A DNA stretch of 64,000 nt from Alphaproteobacteria bacterium (GCA_965228895.1 OZ245842.1:640001-704000), one strand, 5' to 3'. Counted from the first letter of the stretch, positions 18,392-28,846 are shown. The notes: generated by a model not told the origin, from the letters alone. Numbers and translations: made by a program.

Positions 18392-19471
18392 CTAGAGCAC
18401 GACGGCTGAGTCTGGCGCCCAGGTAAGACCGACCGACTGTCCCTGGGCAGGAACGGCGTCACCGGCATTGACGTTGACCTGCAGGCGTGAGCCGTCGGTG
18501 ACCGCAACGGTGACCTTGGCGACGGCGCCGGAAAAGACGACCTCGTCGATGGTGCCGTGAACGCCTTTGAAGCTGTCATCGGGGTTGCTGACAACCGTGA
18601 TGTTTTCGGGACGCACCACGAGGCGGACTTCGTCGCCCGATGCCAGTTTCCGGTGTTCGAAGTTGCGCGCCGCGAACACGTCGCCCGCCTGATTGCGCAC
18701 GGTCACTTGGTCGCCATCGATCCCGTCAACCGTGCAGATCAGCATGTTGGCTTCGCCCACGAAGTCGGCGACAAAGGCGCTTGCCGGGCGCTTGTAGACT
18801 TCTTCCGGTCCGGCAAGCTGCTCGACCTTGCCGAGGTTCATGACCGCGATCCGGTCGGACATGGTTAGCGCTTCTTCCTGATCATGGGTGACGTAGATGA
18901 ACGTGATGCCGACCCGACGCTGGATCTGCTTGAGCTCCGACTGCATTTGTTTGCGCAGCTTGAAGTCGAGCGCGCCCAGAGGTTCGTCGAGCAGAAGTAC
19001 GGCCGGTTCGACGATCAGCGCGCGGCCTAGCGCGACGCGCTGCTGTTGGCCGCCGGAAATCTCGCTGATGCGCCGCACGCCCATGCCCGGTAGGCCCAAG
19101 AGGTCGAGCATTTTTTCGACCCGTTCGGCGATTTCAGCTTTCCCCGTCTTGCGCATGCGCAACCCGAACGCAAGGTTCTGCGCCACGGTGCGGTGAGGGA
19201 AGAGGGCGTAGTCCTGAAACACCATGGACGTGTTGCGCTGATAGGGCGGCACGCCCAGAACCGATTGACCATGCAGGCGGATGTCCCCGGAGGTCGGCTC
19301 CAGGAAACCGCTGATCATCCGCAGCAAGGTCGACTTGCCGCAGCCTGACGGCCCCAGCAGCGTGACGAACTCGCCCTCCGCGATATCGATGCTGACATCG
19401 TCGACCGCGAGCACGTCATCGTAATACTTGACCACGTTCTCGACCGCGACGGCGGCCGTTGCTTCAACCAT
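18392..19471 (-). CDS. PotA-like ABC ATP-binding protein
   Basis: GPSGCGKST, ISGGQQQR, DEPLGALD, VTHDQEEA. Confidence 0.93.
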   Translation of the reverse strand: MVEATAAVAVENVVKYYDDVLAVDDVSIDIAEGEFVTLLGPSGCGKSTLLRMISGFLEPTSGDIRLHGQSVLGVPPYQRNTSMVFQDYALFPHRTVAQNLAFGLRMRKTGKAEIAERVEKMLDLLGLPGMGVRRISEISGGQQQRVALGRALIVEPAVLLLDEPLGALDFKLRKQMQSELKQIQRRVGITFIYVTHDQEEALTMSDRIAVMNLGKVEQLAGPEEVYKRPASAFVADFVGEANMLICTVDGIDGDQVTVRNQAGDVFAARNFEHRKLASGDEVRLVVRPENITVVSNPDDSFKGVHGTIDEVVFSGAVAKVTVAVTDGSRLQVNVNAGDAVPAQGQSVGLTWAPDSAVVL

Positions 19472-20327
19472 CGGCCTTGCCCTTCTGCGGCACGGTGTTG
19501 CGCATCTGACGCAGCATCCAGAGTTGGGCGGTTACGCTGAGCGTGATCGAGACGACCATGATAATGGTCGCGATGGCGTTGATTTCCGGCGACAACATGA
19601 AACGCAGACTGGTCCAGATTGCGATCGGCAACGTTTCATCGAACCCGGCGACAAACCACGCGACGATGAACTCGCCGAATGACTCGGTGAAGACCAGCAG
19701 AACGACGGCGATGATCGCCGGCGTCGTCATGGGCAGGATGATCTCGAAGAAGACACGCAGTTCGGACGCACCGAGATCCATCGCCGCCTCGATCAATGAC
19801 CGGCGAAAGCCCAGCAGACGCGAATAAAAGATCATCACGGCAAAACACAGCGTCAGCGTCGTGTGGGCGATGACGACGCCGATGCCGCCCATGAGCTCCG
19901 GAGAAAAGCGGAACAAAAGCAGCAGGCTGATGCCGATGACCATCTGGGGAATGATGATGGGTGAGAGGATCAGACCGAACACGATCGCCTTGCCGCGGAA
20001 CGGCCGCCACGCGAGCACCATGGCGGCGGGCATGCCGATGGCTGTCGCGACGACTGCCGTCACCAAGGCGATCCATGTGCTCAGCCACAGCGACTCCATC
20101 AGCGGCTCGTCGTTGAGCGCTTCGTCGAACCAGCCGAGTGTCAGGCCCTCGATCGGCAGCGCCGGGATCTGCTTGTCATTGAACGCAAAGAGGATGATCA
20201 CGAAGATCGGCAAATAGAAGAAAATATAGATCAGCGACACATAGGAAATGCCGAGAACGCGGCCGGTCTTGCCGCCGCCCGAACGATCGCCGCGGCGCGG
20301 CGAGGGGTTGTGATCGATGACCGCCAT
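19464..20327 (-). CDS. PotC-like ABC permease
   Basis: EAAMDLGA, TLP motifs; likely start MAVIDH at 20327 overlapping upstream stop. Confidence 0.88.
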   Translation of the reverse strand: MAVIDHNPSPRRGDRSGGGKTGRVLGISYVSLIYIFFYLPIFVIILFAFNDKQIPALPIEGLTLGWFDEALNDEPLMESLWLSTWIALVTAVVATAIGMPAAMVLAWRPFRGKAIVFGLILSPIIIPQMVIGISLLLLFRFSPELMGGIGVVIAHTTLTLCFAVMIFYSRLLGFRRSLIEAAMDLGASELRVFFEIILPMTTPAIIAVVLLVFTESFGEFIVAWFVAGFDETLPIAIWTSLRFMLSPEINAIATIIMVVSITLSVTAQLWMLRQMRNTVPQKGKADG

Positions 20328-21238
20328 CAGACCACATCCTCCATCTTCACCCACCGGAAGAGCGCGGCCAGGATCGCGAGAATGATGACCAGCAGAACGA
20401 CGGAAAGCGCCGCGCCGCCGGGCCAGTTCTGCGACGTCTCGAACTCCATGATGATGGCTTGCGAGATCAGCAGGTCCTTGCCACCGCCAAGCAGCTGCGG
20501 CACGACAAAGTCGCCGACCGAAAAAATGAAAGTGAAGACGGCGCCGACCACGAGCCCGGGAATGCAGAGCGGGAAGGTGACTTCGAAAAAGGCGCGCAGC
20601 CGGGTGGCGCCCAGGTCGGTCGCCGCGTCGAGCCACGAATCCTGCACCTTGTCGATGCTGGTATAGAGCGGCAGGATAAAGAAGGGCAGGAACGAATAGA
20701 TCAACCCGATGGCCGTCGCGACGGGCGAATAGAGCAGGAACGACAGGGGTTCATCGAGCACGCCGCCCAGCACCATGCCGGAATTGATGAACCCGCGCTC
20801 GCCGAGCAGCAGTTTCCAGGCGTAGGCGCGCAGGATGAGGCTGGTCCAGAACGGGATGATCACCATGATCAACAGCAACACGCGCCACGCGCCCGACTTC
20901 TTGGCGATGAAGTAGGCGATGGGGTAGGCGAGGATGGCGCAGACAATGGTGACGGCGACGGCGACTTCGAGCGACAGAATCAGCGCGTTGAACAGCAGCG
21001 GGTTTTCGAAGATCTGGGCGTAGTTGTAGAGCGTGAACGTGTAATCCATGCGGTAGTCGATCAGACGCCAGAAGCTGTAGATCGACAGCATGCCCATGGG
21101 CACCACGAAGAAGATGATCTGCCACAGAACGACGGGTCCAAGGCCCATCACGGACTTGAACCAGCCGCGCGCCAGAAGTGATCGGCGGGCCTGCGGTCGC
21201 GCCGCCGTGTCCGGCGCTGCTGCGTCTACCGTGCTCAT
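20327..21238 (-). CDS. PotB-like ABC permease
   Basis: PFWTSLILRAYAW, DAATDLGA, PQLLGG. Confidence 0.9.
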   Translation of the reverse strand: MSTVDAAAPDTAARPQARRSLLARGWFKSVMGLGPVVLWQIIFFVVPMGMLSIYSFWRLIDYRMDYTFTLYNYAQIFENPLLFNALILSLEVAVAVTIVCAILAYPIAYFIAKKSGAWRVLLLIMVIIPFWTSLILRAYAWKLLLGERGFINSGMVLGGVLDEPLSFLLYSPVATAIGLIYSFLPFFILPLYTSIDKVQDSWLDAATDLGATRLRAFFEVTFPLCIPGLVVGAVFTFIFSVGDFVVPQLLGGGKDLLISQAIIMEFETSQNWPGGAALSVVLLVIILAILAALFRWVKMEDVV

Positions 21239-21252
21239 GGACCTATGCTGCC

Positions 21253-21990
21253 CTAGGCGGCGTCGAAGCGATACTCCGCCCGCGCGTTGGGCGGTGTTGG
21301 ATAGGCGATCTTGCTGTGCCGCATGCCGGTCGAGACCAGCGCCTCGGTCAGCTTCATGGTCGCCTTCACCGGATCAATCACGGGGACATAAGCGCCGAGC
21401 CGCTGCTTCAGCGATTCCTCGATCTTCGCGGCCATGTCGACGCCGGTGCCCGTGCAGCCCATGACGATGACCTCCGCGCCGTCGTCTTCGACCGCCGCGA
21501 CCGCCTGGTCGACCGCCTTGGGCACGCGGTCGAGCCCGAAATCGAGGACGCCGGCGCCGACCTCGCGAACCGAGGCCAGCCGTTCACCCATGCCGACCTG
21601 GGCGGCAAGCTTGCGCATCATGGGGAACAGCTCGCGCTGGGTGATCATGATGGTGAAGCGGCCACCCAGGAGGCTCGCCATATGCAACGCGGCTTCGCCT
21701 TCGCCGACCACGGGGATCGACACCAGCTCCTTGGCGCCGGCGGCACCGGGATCGCCGAAACAGGTGATCATGCAGCCGTCGGCGCCATCGGCCTCGGCGT
21801 CGCGGATCAGACGCATGACCTCAGGCTGGGCGAGCGCCATGTCGTATTCGGACTCGATGCTGTTGGTCCCGTTCGCAACACAAGCGACCGTCAAGTCGAC
21901 GCCCGGAGAGGCGCAGGCTTGATATTCAAGCCTGGCCTTCTCCGCGAGAGCATCGGAGTGGAGGACCGGGACAACGATACGGATGTCCAT
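21253..21990 (-). CDS. Asp/Glu/hydantoin racemase-family protein (copy 1)
   Basis: Catalytic Cys motifs CFGDPG and MGCTG, VPVIDP; start MDIRIV with gagga RBS. Confidence 0.88.
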   Translation of the reverse strand: MDIRIVVPVLHSDALAEKARLEYQACASPGVDLTVACVANGTNSIESEYDMALAQPEVMRLIRDAEADGADGCMITCFGDPGAAGAKELVSIPVVGEGEAALHMASLLGGRFTIMITQRELFPMMRKLAAQVGMGERLASVREVGAGVLDFGLDRVPKAVDQAVAAVEDDGAEVIVMGCTGTGVDMAAKIEESLKQRLGAYVPVIDPVKATMKLTEALVSTGMRHSKIAYPTPPNARAEYRFDAA

Positions 21991-22006
21991 GGTTTCCTCC
22001 GACCGA

Positions 22007-23131
22007 TCAGGCAGCCTTGAACGTCTGCCAGGCCAAACGCCAGGCCTCTTCGTCGACCGGCGCGCGGTTGAGTTTGGACCGCAGGCCCCACTCGTCGATC
22101 TTGTCGAGGTTGAGGATGCGGAACTGCTCGGCGGTAATGTAGTCGGCCACCTTGGCGTTGCAGACCGCAATCTTCTGGCGGCCCCAGGCGAACTTGGAGA
22201 GCGCCTCGGCGCTGGTCATGTAGTTCAGGTACTGCTTGGCCGCGTCGACGTTTTGCGAACCCTGAACAATCTGCAGCGACTCCGTCCACATCGCGCCGCC
22301 CTGCTCGGGGATCGTCAGCGCGATGTCGTAACCGGCTTCCTGGACCGCAATCGACGTCTGATTGCTGCTGCTGCCCCACACGATCCACGCATCCTGGTTG
22401 GCAAGGTCGGTCTTGCCGGCGCCGACCTCGTTGTGGATGGCGCGCAGGTTGGGTTTGATCTCAACCAATCGTGCGACGATCTCATCAAGGGCTTCACCGC
22501 TTGCTTCTTCCGGTTTCTCCATGCCCAACCATTGGCCGGCCTGCCACAGGTAGAGCTCGCCCCAGTCGATGATGCTGATGCGATCGGCAAACTTGGAATC
22601 CCAGATGACATTGGCATCTAGAGCGTCGGCTTCCGACAGTTTGTCGCGCCAATGGACGATGCCGTTGATGCCCCAGCGTGTCGTGACGCCATAGAGCTGG
22701 TCGCCGACCAAACAATCGTAACAGTCCTTGAACGGCTCGAACATTTCCTCGAGGTGCGGAAAGTCGGCCCGGTCAAGCGGCATGGTCAGTCCGCTTTGGG
22801 CAAACTTGTCGGTCCACACGGTGTCCGGGTTGACGACATCGAACTGAATCGCGCCGGCGCGAAGCTGATCGAGCTGGTTGGCGTTGCTGCTCGCCGTCTT
22901 CACGTTGACGGTGATGCCGGTCGCCTCCTCGAACGGGCGCACGATGTCGGGATCGTCATAGCCCTCCCACGCCAGGACGTTGACGACACCTTCGGCGCGT
23001 GCCGGCGCCGGCCGGCCGACTTGGGATGCGATGGCGGCAAACATCGCGGCATTGGCGCCGTCGCGCATCAGGTGCCGGCGCGACAGCCGCTTCTTCAACA
23101 GGTCACGAAGCTCTTTTGTGCTGGATGCCAT
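22007..23131 (-). CDS. PotD/PotF-like ABC substrate-binding protein, Tat-exported
   Basis: SRRHL Tat motif, AWEGY, FEEATGI, PEQG. Confidence 0.88.
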   Translation of the reverse strand: MASSTKELRDLLKKRLSRRHLMRDGANAAMFAAIASQVGRPAPARAEGVVNVLAWEGYDDPDIVRPFEEATGITVNVKTASSNANQLDQLRAGAIQFDVVNPDTVWTDKFAQSGLTMPLDRADFPHLEEMFEPFKDCYDCLVGDQLYGVTTRWGINGIVHWRDKLSEADALDANVIWDSKFADRISIIDWGELYLWQAGQWLGMEKPEEASGEALDEIVARLVEIKPNLRAIHNEVGAGKTDLANQDAWIVWGSSSNQTSIAVQEAGYDIALTIPEQGGAMWTESLQIVQGSQNVDAAKQYLNYMTSAEALSKFAWGRQKIAVCNAKVADYITAEQFRILNLDKIDEWGLRSKLNRAPVDEEAWRLAWQTFKAA

Positions 23132-23287
23132 GTGTGTCTCTCCCCCTGGTCAGATAACGCCGCCCGGGAATCGGGCAGACCGCTGACATTCTCGCCCGGT
23201 CCGAACAACCATCTGCGGTTGCTCTACGGAGCGATTCCCGGCCTGATTTCGAAGACCGGTTCGCCGGTCAACCGGTCGGAACTGCGC

Positions 23288-23303
23288 TACAAAGCGCTTT
23301 GTA
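23288..23303. promoter_or_regulatory. Putative LacI-family operator
   Basis: Perfect palindrome TACAAAGCGCTTTGTA with LacI-type AAnCGnTT core, between the lacI-like gene and the SBP operon. Confidence 0.7.
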
Positions 23304-23413
23304 TTGGTGAATTGTTTGATCCAACTTGCAAGGCTGTCAAGGATTCTTGCAATTCTCTCGCGCCACGTGGTCGTTCGGCACCGGCGCCAACGGCCAAGGA
23401 CGAAGGTTTCGTT

Positions 23414-24424
23414 CTACATGCGGCTCGCGCCCCGTCGGTCGGTGCTCGCGCGCACCACAAGCTCGACGGAGACCAGTTTTGCACGTTCGCCGCCGCCGTC
23501 ATTCACGAGGTCGAGCAGCATCTCGACCGCCAGGTCTCCCAGCCTATCGGGAAAGACGCGAATGCTGGTCAGCGGCGGAATTGAACTGGCGGCAAGCACG
23601 GTCTCGCCTTCGCCGACCACGCCGAGGTCATCGGGTATGGCGATGCCGAGGTCGCTGGCCGCCTGCAGAACAGAAAGCGCCAGACTGTCTGTGCTGGCGA
23701 TGATGACATCGGGTCGTTCCGCGGCAGTCAATATCTCACGGGCGACGTCATAGGTTTTCTGGCTGAAAAAGTTGTCGCACCAAACGACCCGGCCCGGCAT
23801 CCCCCGCGCTTCGGTTTCTTTGCGAAATGCCTGCTCAACATCCGACTCGTAAGAGATAGTCGGTTCCTTGGTGAGCAGGAGTGGTCGCCGGTAACCCTGT
23901 TCGTCGAGATGCACGAAAAGGTCCGTGATCGCCTTGGTGTGGTCGTTGTCGACCCAGGGGATGTCTTTGCGATCCATCCAACGTCCGACCGTGATGACGG
24001 GCAGGTCGCGGTCGAGAAAGGCTGCGAGCCGCGCGTCGTTTGCGGCCGGATCGGCAACGATGACACCGTCGAGTTGCCCGAGCAATTCACCCTGGGCGAC
24101 GCCATTCTCGCCAAGCGCGTTGGGGATGAGAAGAAAGCCATACCCGACCTTGCCGGCGGCAGCGGACAGACCTTCGAGCAGCGCTGGGAAGTAAGGGTTG
24201 CGGTGCAGCAAGCTGCCTTCGGCTGGAAAACACACACCCAGGATCATCGAGCGCCCGGTCGCCAGCGCCTTGGCGCTCAGCCGGGGGCTGTAATCGAGAT
24301 CCCTGGCGGCCTCCATGACCCGCGCGACCGTATCCGCCGCCACGTGCCGGTTGCCCGAATAGACATGGGACACCGTGGTGATCGAAACGCCGGCCGCTGC
24401 CGCGACGTCATAGATGCTGGCCAT
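23414..24424 (-). CDS. LacI-family transcriptional regulator
   Basis: SIYDVAAAAGVSITTVSHV HTH, PPLTSI. Confidence 0.93.
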   Translation of the reverse strand: MASIYDVAAAAGVSITTVSHVYSGNRHVAADTVARVMEAARDLDYSPRLSAKALATGRSMILGVCFPAEGSLLHRNPYFPALLEGLSAAAGKVGYGFLLIPNALGENGVAQGELLGQLDGVIVADPAANDARLAAFLDRDLPVITVGRWMDRKDIPWVDNDHTKAITDLFVHLDEQGYRRPLLLTKEPTISYESDVEQAFRKETEARGMPGRVVWCDNFFSQKTYDVAREILTAAERPDVIIASTDSLALSVLQAASDLGIAIPDDLGVVGEGETVLAASSIPPLTSIRVFPDRLGDLAVEMLLDLVNDGGGERAKLVSVELVVRASTDRRGASRM

Positions 24425-24575
24425 AGTCCGGGCACCTTGCCCCGGTGATGCTCAAATGTCTAACCGAGGTATCCGACCCCGACTCGACACTCACGCAAGC
24501 GGCTGGACTCGCCGGTCGGACCCGTGTTGAGGTGGTCGCACGCACCGGTAGAACGGTGACACGAGGGAGGGTGTG

Positions 24576-25325
24576 ATGCGAATTCGCGTACTGGTTCCCG
24601 TCCTCTATTCCGACGCATTGGTGAAGAAAGCGGCCGATGAATACCGCGCTGCCGCGGCGCCGGGAACGGAGATATCGGTGGCCGCGCTGGCGAATGGGAC
24701 GCGTACCATCGAGGCCGATTTCGACATTAGTCTTGCCGAGCCGGACACCATGCGTTTGACCGAGGTCGCCGAAAGAGACGGCATCGACGCGTGCACCGTC
24801 GCCTGTTTCAGCGACCCCGGCGTTGCCGGTGCGCGTGAGCTGGTGAGTATCCCGGTTATCGGAGAAGGTCAGGCGTCACTGACCCTCGCAAGTCTGCTCG
24901 GCACGCGCATCTGCGTGGTGACGACCTGGAATCAGTGTGTGCCGCGCATCAAGCGGCTGGTCGGCCAGCACGGCTTTGCCGAGAAGGTCGCCGCGATAAG
25001 GGCGGTCAATCTCGGTGTCATGGAACTCGACGAAACGTCGGTGCCCAGGATTGTCGCCATGACGGCCGATGCCGTGCGCACCGATGGCGCCGATGTCGTC
25101 GTCATGGGTTGCACGGGTACGGGCCTGGACATGGCCGGCGCCGTCGAATGTGGACTCGAAGAAGCGGTTGGTGCCCGCGTTCCGGTAATCGATCCGGTCA
25201 AGGCCGCGATCAAACTCGCCGAAACCTGTGTCGCGACGGACATGCGCCATAGCAAGACTGCCTGGCCGACGCCACCCCATGACCGACAAGAGTATCGTCA
25301 TCTCACGGCCGAGGCGGCCGCTTAG
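24576..25325 (+). CDS. Asp/Glu/hydantoin racemase-family protein (copy 2)
   Basis: CFSDPG, MGCTG, VPVIDP; ggagg RBS. Confidence 0.88.
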   Translation: MRIRVLVPVLYSDALVKKAADEYRAAAAPGTEISVAALANGTRTIEADFDISLAEPDTMRLTEVAERDGIDACTVACFSDPGVAGARELVSIPVIGEGQASLTLASLLGTRICVVTTWNQCVPRIKRLVGQHGFAEKVAAIRAVNLGVMELDETSVPRIVAMTADAVRTDGADVVVMGCTGTGLDMAGAVECGLEEAVGARVPVIDPVKAAIKLAETCVATDMRHSKTAWPTPPHDRQEYRHLTAEAAA

Positions 25326-25328
25326 GTC

Positions 25329-26453
25329 ATGCCGGCAGGCCGACTGTCATCGCGTGAGGATATCGAGGACTTCACCCGGGGCACCGACTTTCTGTCCGCT
25401 TCGGGCGGTGGGCCGACAACGGAAGCGCGCGGGTTTCTGGGTGAGCTGCTGGAGCAGGGAACATCGATTGCCTGGTGCGACATCGACGCCATCGACGATG
25501 ACGCGCGGGTGTGTTGCACGTTCTTTTCTGGGTCGGTGGCACCAAGCCGCTATGACCGAAGCGGACCGGAACGCGAGTTCGGCATCACCACGACGGATCC
25601 CCATCCGACGGTCTTGGCGGTCTTGGAACTGGAACGCCAACTTGGTCATGAGTTTGATGTCATCGTGCCGATCGAAATTGGCGGCAACAACACAGGCCAC
25701 GCCCTGGCGACCGCTGCGGCACTCGGCAAAACGGTGCCTGATGGCGACTTCGCCGGACGTGCGATTCCAGAAGCGACCTGCATCACCCCGCACATAGCCG
25801 GCCTCGCCATGACGCCGCTGGCGTGCGCGAACTACTACGGCAACCGCGTCTTTCTTCGTTCGTCCCAGAACAACGAAATGGCGGAACGCGTGACCAAGCA
25901 GCTGGCGGTCGCGTCATTCGGCTGTGTCGGTTGCGCCGCGTTTCCCATGTCAGGCAAGGACGCGAAGAAACTGGCGGTGCCCGGCACGTTGACACGGTCA
26001 CTGCTGATCGGCCAGGCCATCCGCGAGGCGCAAACGGCCGGGCGCGATCCGCTGGACGAAGTCGCATCGCGGGTCGACGGTGTCCACGTGTTGTTTCGCG
26101 GCCAGATCGTCAAACGATGGTGGGAAAGCCGAGACGGCTACATGTGGGGCGAGCATGTGTTGGCTGGTCTCGACGCCAGCGAAGGCCACGAACTGAAGCT
26201 GTGGTTCAAGAACGAAAACCATGTCTCCTGGCTCGACGGTGAGCCTTGGGTCAGCGGACCGGACGTTCTCGAACTGGTCGATCTCGGCAGCGGCGAGCCC
26301 GTCGTCAACAGCTTTGCCGAGGAAGGCCAGAAGGTCGGCGTCATGGGTGTTCGGCGCTGTGCCCAATTTGGTGGTGAGGCGGGCATCGCAGCGCTCGGCC
26401 CGCGCCATTGGGGTTTCGACTGGGACTACCGGCCGATCGAGGACCTAATCTGA
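25329..26453 (+). CDS. DUF917-family protein (divergent subfamily)
   Basis: SGGG, IEIGGNN, DGDFAGRAIPE, WFKNEN, LGPRHWG. Confidence 0.82.
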   Translation: MPAGRLSSREDIEDFTRGTDFLSASGGGPTTEARGFLGELLEQGTSIAWCDIDAIDDDARVCCTFFSGSVAPSRYDRSGPEREFGITTTDPHPTVLAVLELERQLGHEFDVIVPIEIGGNNTGHALATAAALGKTVPDGDFAGRAIPEATCITPHIAGLAMTPLACANYYGNRVFLRSSQNNEMAERVTKQLAVASFGCVGCAAFPMSGKDAKKLAVPGTLTRSLLIGQAIREAQTAGRDPLDEVASRVDGVHVLFRGQIVKRWWESRDGYMWGEHVLAGLDASEGHELKLWFKNENHVSWLDGEPWVSGPDVLELVDLGSGEPVVNSFAEEGQKVGVMGVRRCAQFGGEAGIAALGPRHWGFDWDYRPIEDLI

Positions 26454-27362
26454 CGCGCTCAAGAAGCGCGACAACGTGTCGTAGTAGGCATCGGGTTCCT
26501 CGAAAAAGGGGATGTGACCGCTCTCCTCGAAGACGGTTAGTTGTGCGTGCGGCAATGCATCGGCGATTAGACCCGCTTCGTGCGGCGTGCACCAGCCGTG
26601 CCGTCCGACCATAACGCAAGCCGGTACGTCGAGGGCCGCGAGCCGGTCTAGACATGACCAGCCGGCGATGACGCCGGTGAAGCGGAACTCGTTGGGTCCC
26701 TGCAGGTGGTCATAGAGCGGTTTGTTGAGCGACTCTACGGAGTGGCGGAACGGCTCCGGCCACGGGTCAAGCCGGCAAACATGGCGCGCGAAGATTTCCA
26801 TCATCGCGGCGTCGTAGTCCGGGTGGTCCGTCGTGCCGTCGGCTTCGCGGCGCTTCATCATCGCGACCGTCTCCGGCGCGAGCGCACCACGGAGGCGTTC
26901 CGCCTCATCCAGATGCACATTGATGTCACCGATGGCCGTCAGGACGATCAAGCTCTTGAGGTTCACTCGCCGAACAAACGCTGCTTCGATGGCCAGCATG
27001 GCGCCCCAGTCCTGGCCCAAAAGATGTATGTCGCCGAGTTCGAGCGCGGTGCGCACCGCGTCGATCTCATCGGCATAACGTTCGAGCGTCCAAAGCGACG
27101 GATCTGCTGGGTTGTCGGATTGACCGCATCCCAACTGGTCCCAGGACACGACCCTTCGGCCCCGGTCCGCGATCGGGCGGTGGCCTTCGAACAGGGCCTC
27201 GCACGACCACCCGGGACCGCCGGAGACCAGCATCAGCACCGGTCCGGATCCGCCGGTGTCGTAAACCGCGACCTTACCGCCGGGCACGTGCACGAAGCCT
27301 GATGGCGTCACGCTTCCAATCCTCACCCCATCCTGTGGCCCTTGGGGTGGAAGGATTGGCAT
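26445..27362 (-). CDS. Proline iminopeptidase/L-amino acid amidase-like alpha/beta hydrolase with atypical catalytic residues
   Basis: GGPG, DQLGCGQS, GPNEF, SGHIPFFEEP; nucleophile elbow reads GQDWG. Confidence 0.8.
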   Translation of the reverse strand: MPILPPQGPQDGVRIGSVTPSGFVHVPGGKVAVYDTGGSGPVLMLVSGGPGWSCEALFEGHRPIADRGRRVVSWDQLGCGQSDNPADPSLWTLERYADEIDAVRTALELGDIHLLGQDWGAMLAIEAAFVRRVNLKSLIVLTAIGDINVHLDEAERLRGALAPETVAMMKRREADGTTDHPDYDAAMMEIFARHVCRLDPWPEPFRHSVESLNKPLYDHLQGPNEFRFTGVIAGWSCLDRLAALDVPACVMVGRHGWCTPHEAGLIADALPHAQLTVFEESGHIPFFEEPDAYYDTLSRFLSASD

Positions 27363-27541
27363 CAATTCTCGTGAACGTCCATGGTGTCGGCCGCAACGAG
27401 AGTCGCATCAACTGCCGGCTGGCGCTTCCGCCGGCTTGACTCGGGAACCAGACACGAAAGAGATTGGGCCATGGTGACTAGAACGAACCGATGGGACACA
27501 CGGCGCGACGGCGCCGCTGTGATCCCGAATTGTGTGCTGAG

Positions 27542-28846
27542 ATGACGGTAAGCGCTCGATCCCAGGACTTGATCGACCGGCGGCGGCGTCTGCTCGGCCC
27601 GAACGTCTCGACGTTTTATGAGGAGCCGGTCCATCTGGTGAAAGGTGAAGGCGTCTGGGTGTGGGATGCCGACGGCCGCAAGTATCTGGATTGCTACAAC
27701 AACGTGCCCCATGTCGGACACTGTCATCCCCGCGTTGTCGAGGCCATCTGCCGTCAGGCGGGGACGCTGAACACGCATACGCGCTACCTGCACGAAACGA
27801 TCCTGGACTATGTCGAGCGGCTGACGGCGACCTTCGACGATCCGTTCTCGACCATGATCATGACCTGCACGGGATCGGAAGCGAACGACATCGCGCTTCG
27901 CATGGGCGAGGCGGTAACCGGCAAACGGGGTGTCATCGCGACCGATCACACCTATCACGGCAACACCGCGACGGTGGCGCAGTTAAGCCGCACCAACCCG
28001 CCCAAGACCGGGGATGGTTCGCATATCCGCCATGTGCCGGCGCCGGACAGCTACCGGCCTTTGGGCGGTGAAGCAGGCGCGGCCCATGCTCACGCTTTTG
28101 CGGCCGCCGTCGAGGCCGCCATTCAGGAGCTCGAAGCGTCAGGGCACGGTTTCTCGTCCCTGATCATCTGCCCGTTCTTCGCCAACGAGGGGTTCCCGAC
28201 CTTGATCGACGGATTCCTGGCCGAGACCGAAGCGATCGTGCGCAAGGCCGGCGGGGTCATCATCGCCGACGAGGTCCAGCCGGGTTTCGGTCGCATCGGG
28301 ACCCACATGTGGGGCCATCACAAGATCGGCCTGACACCCGATATCGTGACGCTCGGCAAACCCATGGCGAACGGCCATCCGGTCGCGGGCGTCGTGACAA
28401 CGCCGGAGATCATGGCCGCGTTCCGCACGTCGTTTCGCTACTTCAACACCTTTGGCGGCAACCCGGTGTGCGCCGCCGCGGCGCTTGCCACGCTGGAGGT
28501 GGTCCAGGACGAAGGGTTGATGGAAAACGCGCGTGTCGTCGGCGACTACGCGCGCGACGGTCTGGGCACTCTCGCCGACCGTCACGGTGTTATCGGCGAC
28601 ATCAGAGGGTCCGGCCTCTTTTTCGGCGCGGAACTGGTGCTCGATCGTGCGACCAAGGAACCGGCGACGGCTTACGCGGCGAAGATCGCCAACGCGATGA
28701 GGGATCGCGGTGTTCTGCTCAATGTCTTGGGTATCCATTACAATACGCTAAAGATTCGCCCGCCGCTGCCGTTCTCCCAGGAGAACGCCGATGTTCTGTT
28801 GGAAGCACTCGACGACGCCTTGACGAACGTCCCCGTGAGCTCATGA
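27542..28846 (+). CDS. Class-III PLP aminotransferase-like protein (ETNPPL/PHYKPL phospho-lyase-like)
   Basis: [46 protein letters not shown]. Confidence 0.85.
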   Translation: MTVSARSQDLIDRRRRLLGPNVSTFYEEPVHLVKGEGVWVWDADGRKYLDCYNNVPHVGHCHPRVVEAICRQAGTLNTHTRYLHETILDYVERLTATFDDPFSTMIMTCTGSEANDIALRMGEAVTGKRGVIATDHTYHGNTATVAQLSRTNPPKTGDGSHIRHVPAPDSYRPLGGEAGAAHAHAFAAAVEAAIQELEASGHGFSSLIICPFFANEGFPTLIDGFLAETEAIVRKAGGVIIADEVQPGFGRIGTHMWGHHKIGLTPDIVTLGKPMANGHPVAGVVTTPEIMAAFRTSFRYFNTFGGNPVCAAAALATLEVVQDEGLMENARVVGDYARDGLGTLADRHGVIGDIRGSGLFFGAELVLDRATKEPATAYAAKIANAMRDRGVLLNVLGIHYNTLKIRPPLPFSQENADVLLEALDDALTNVPVSS

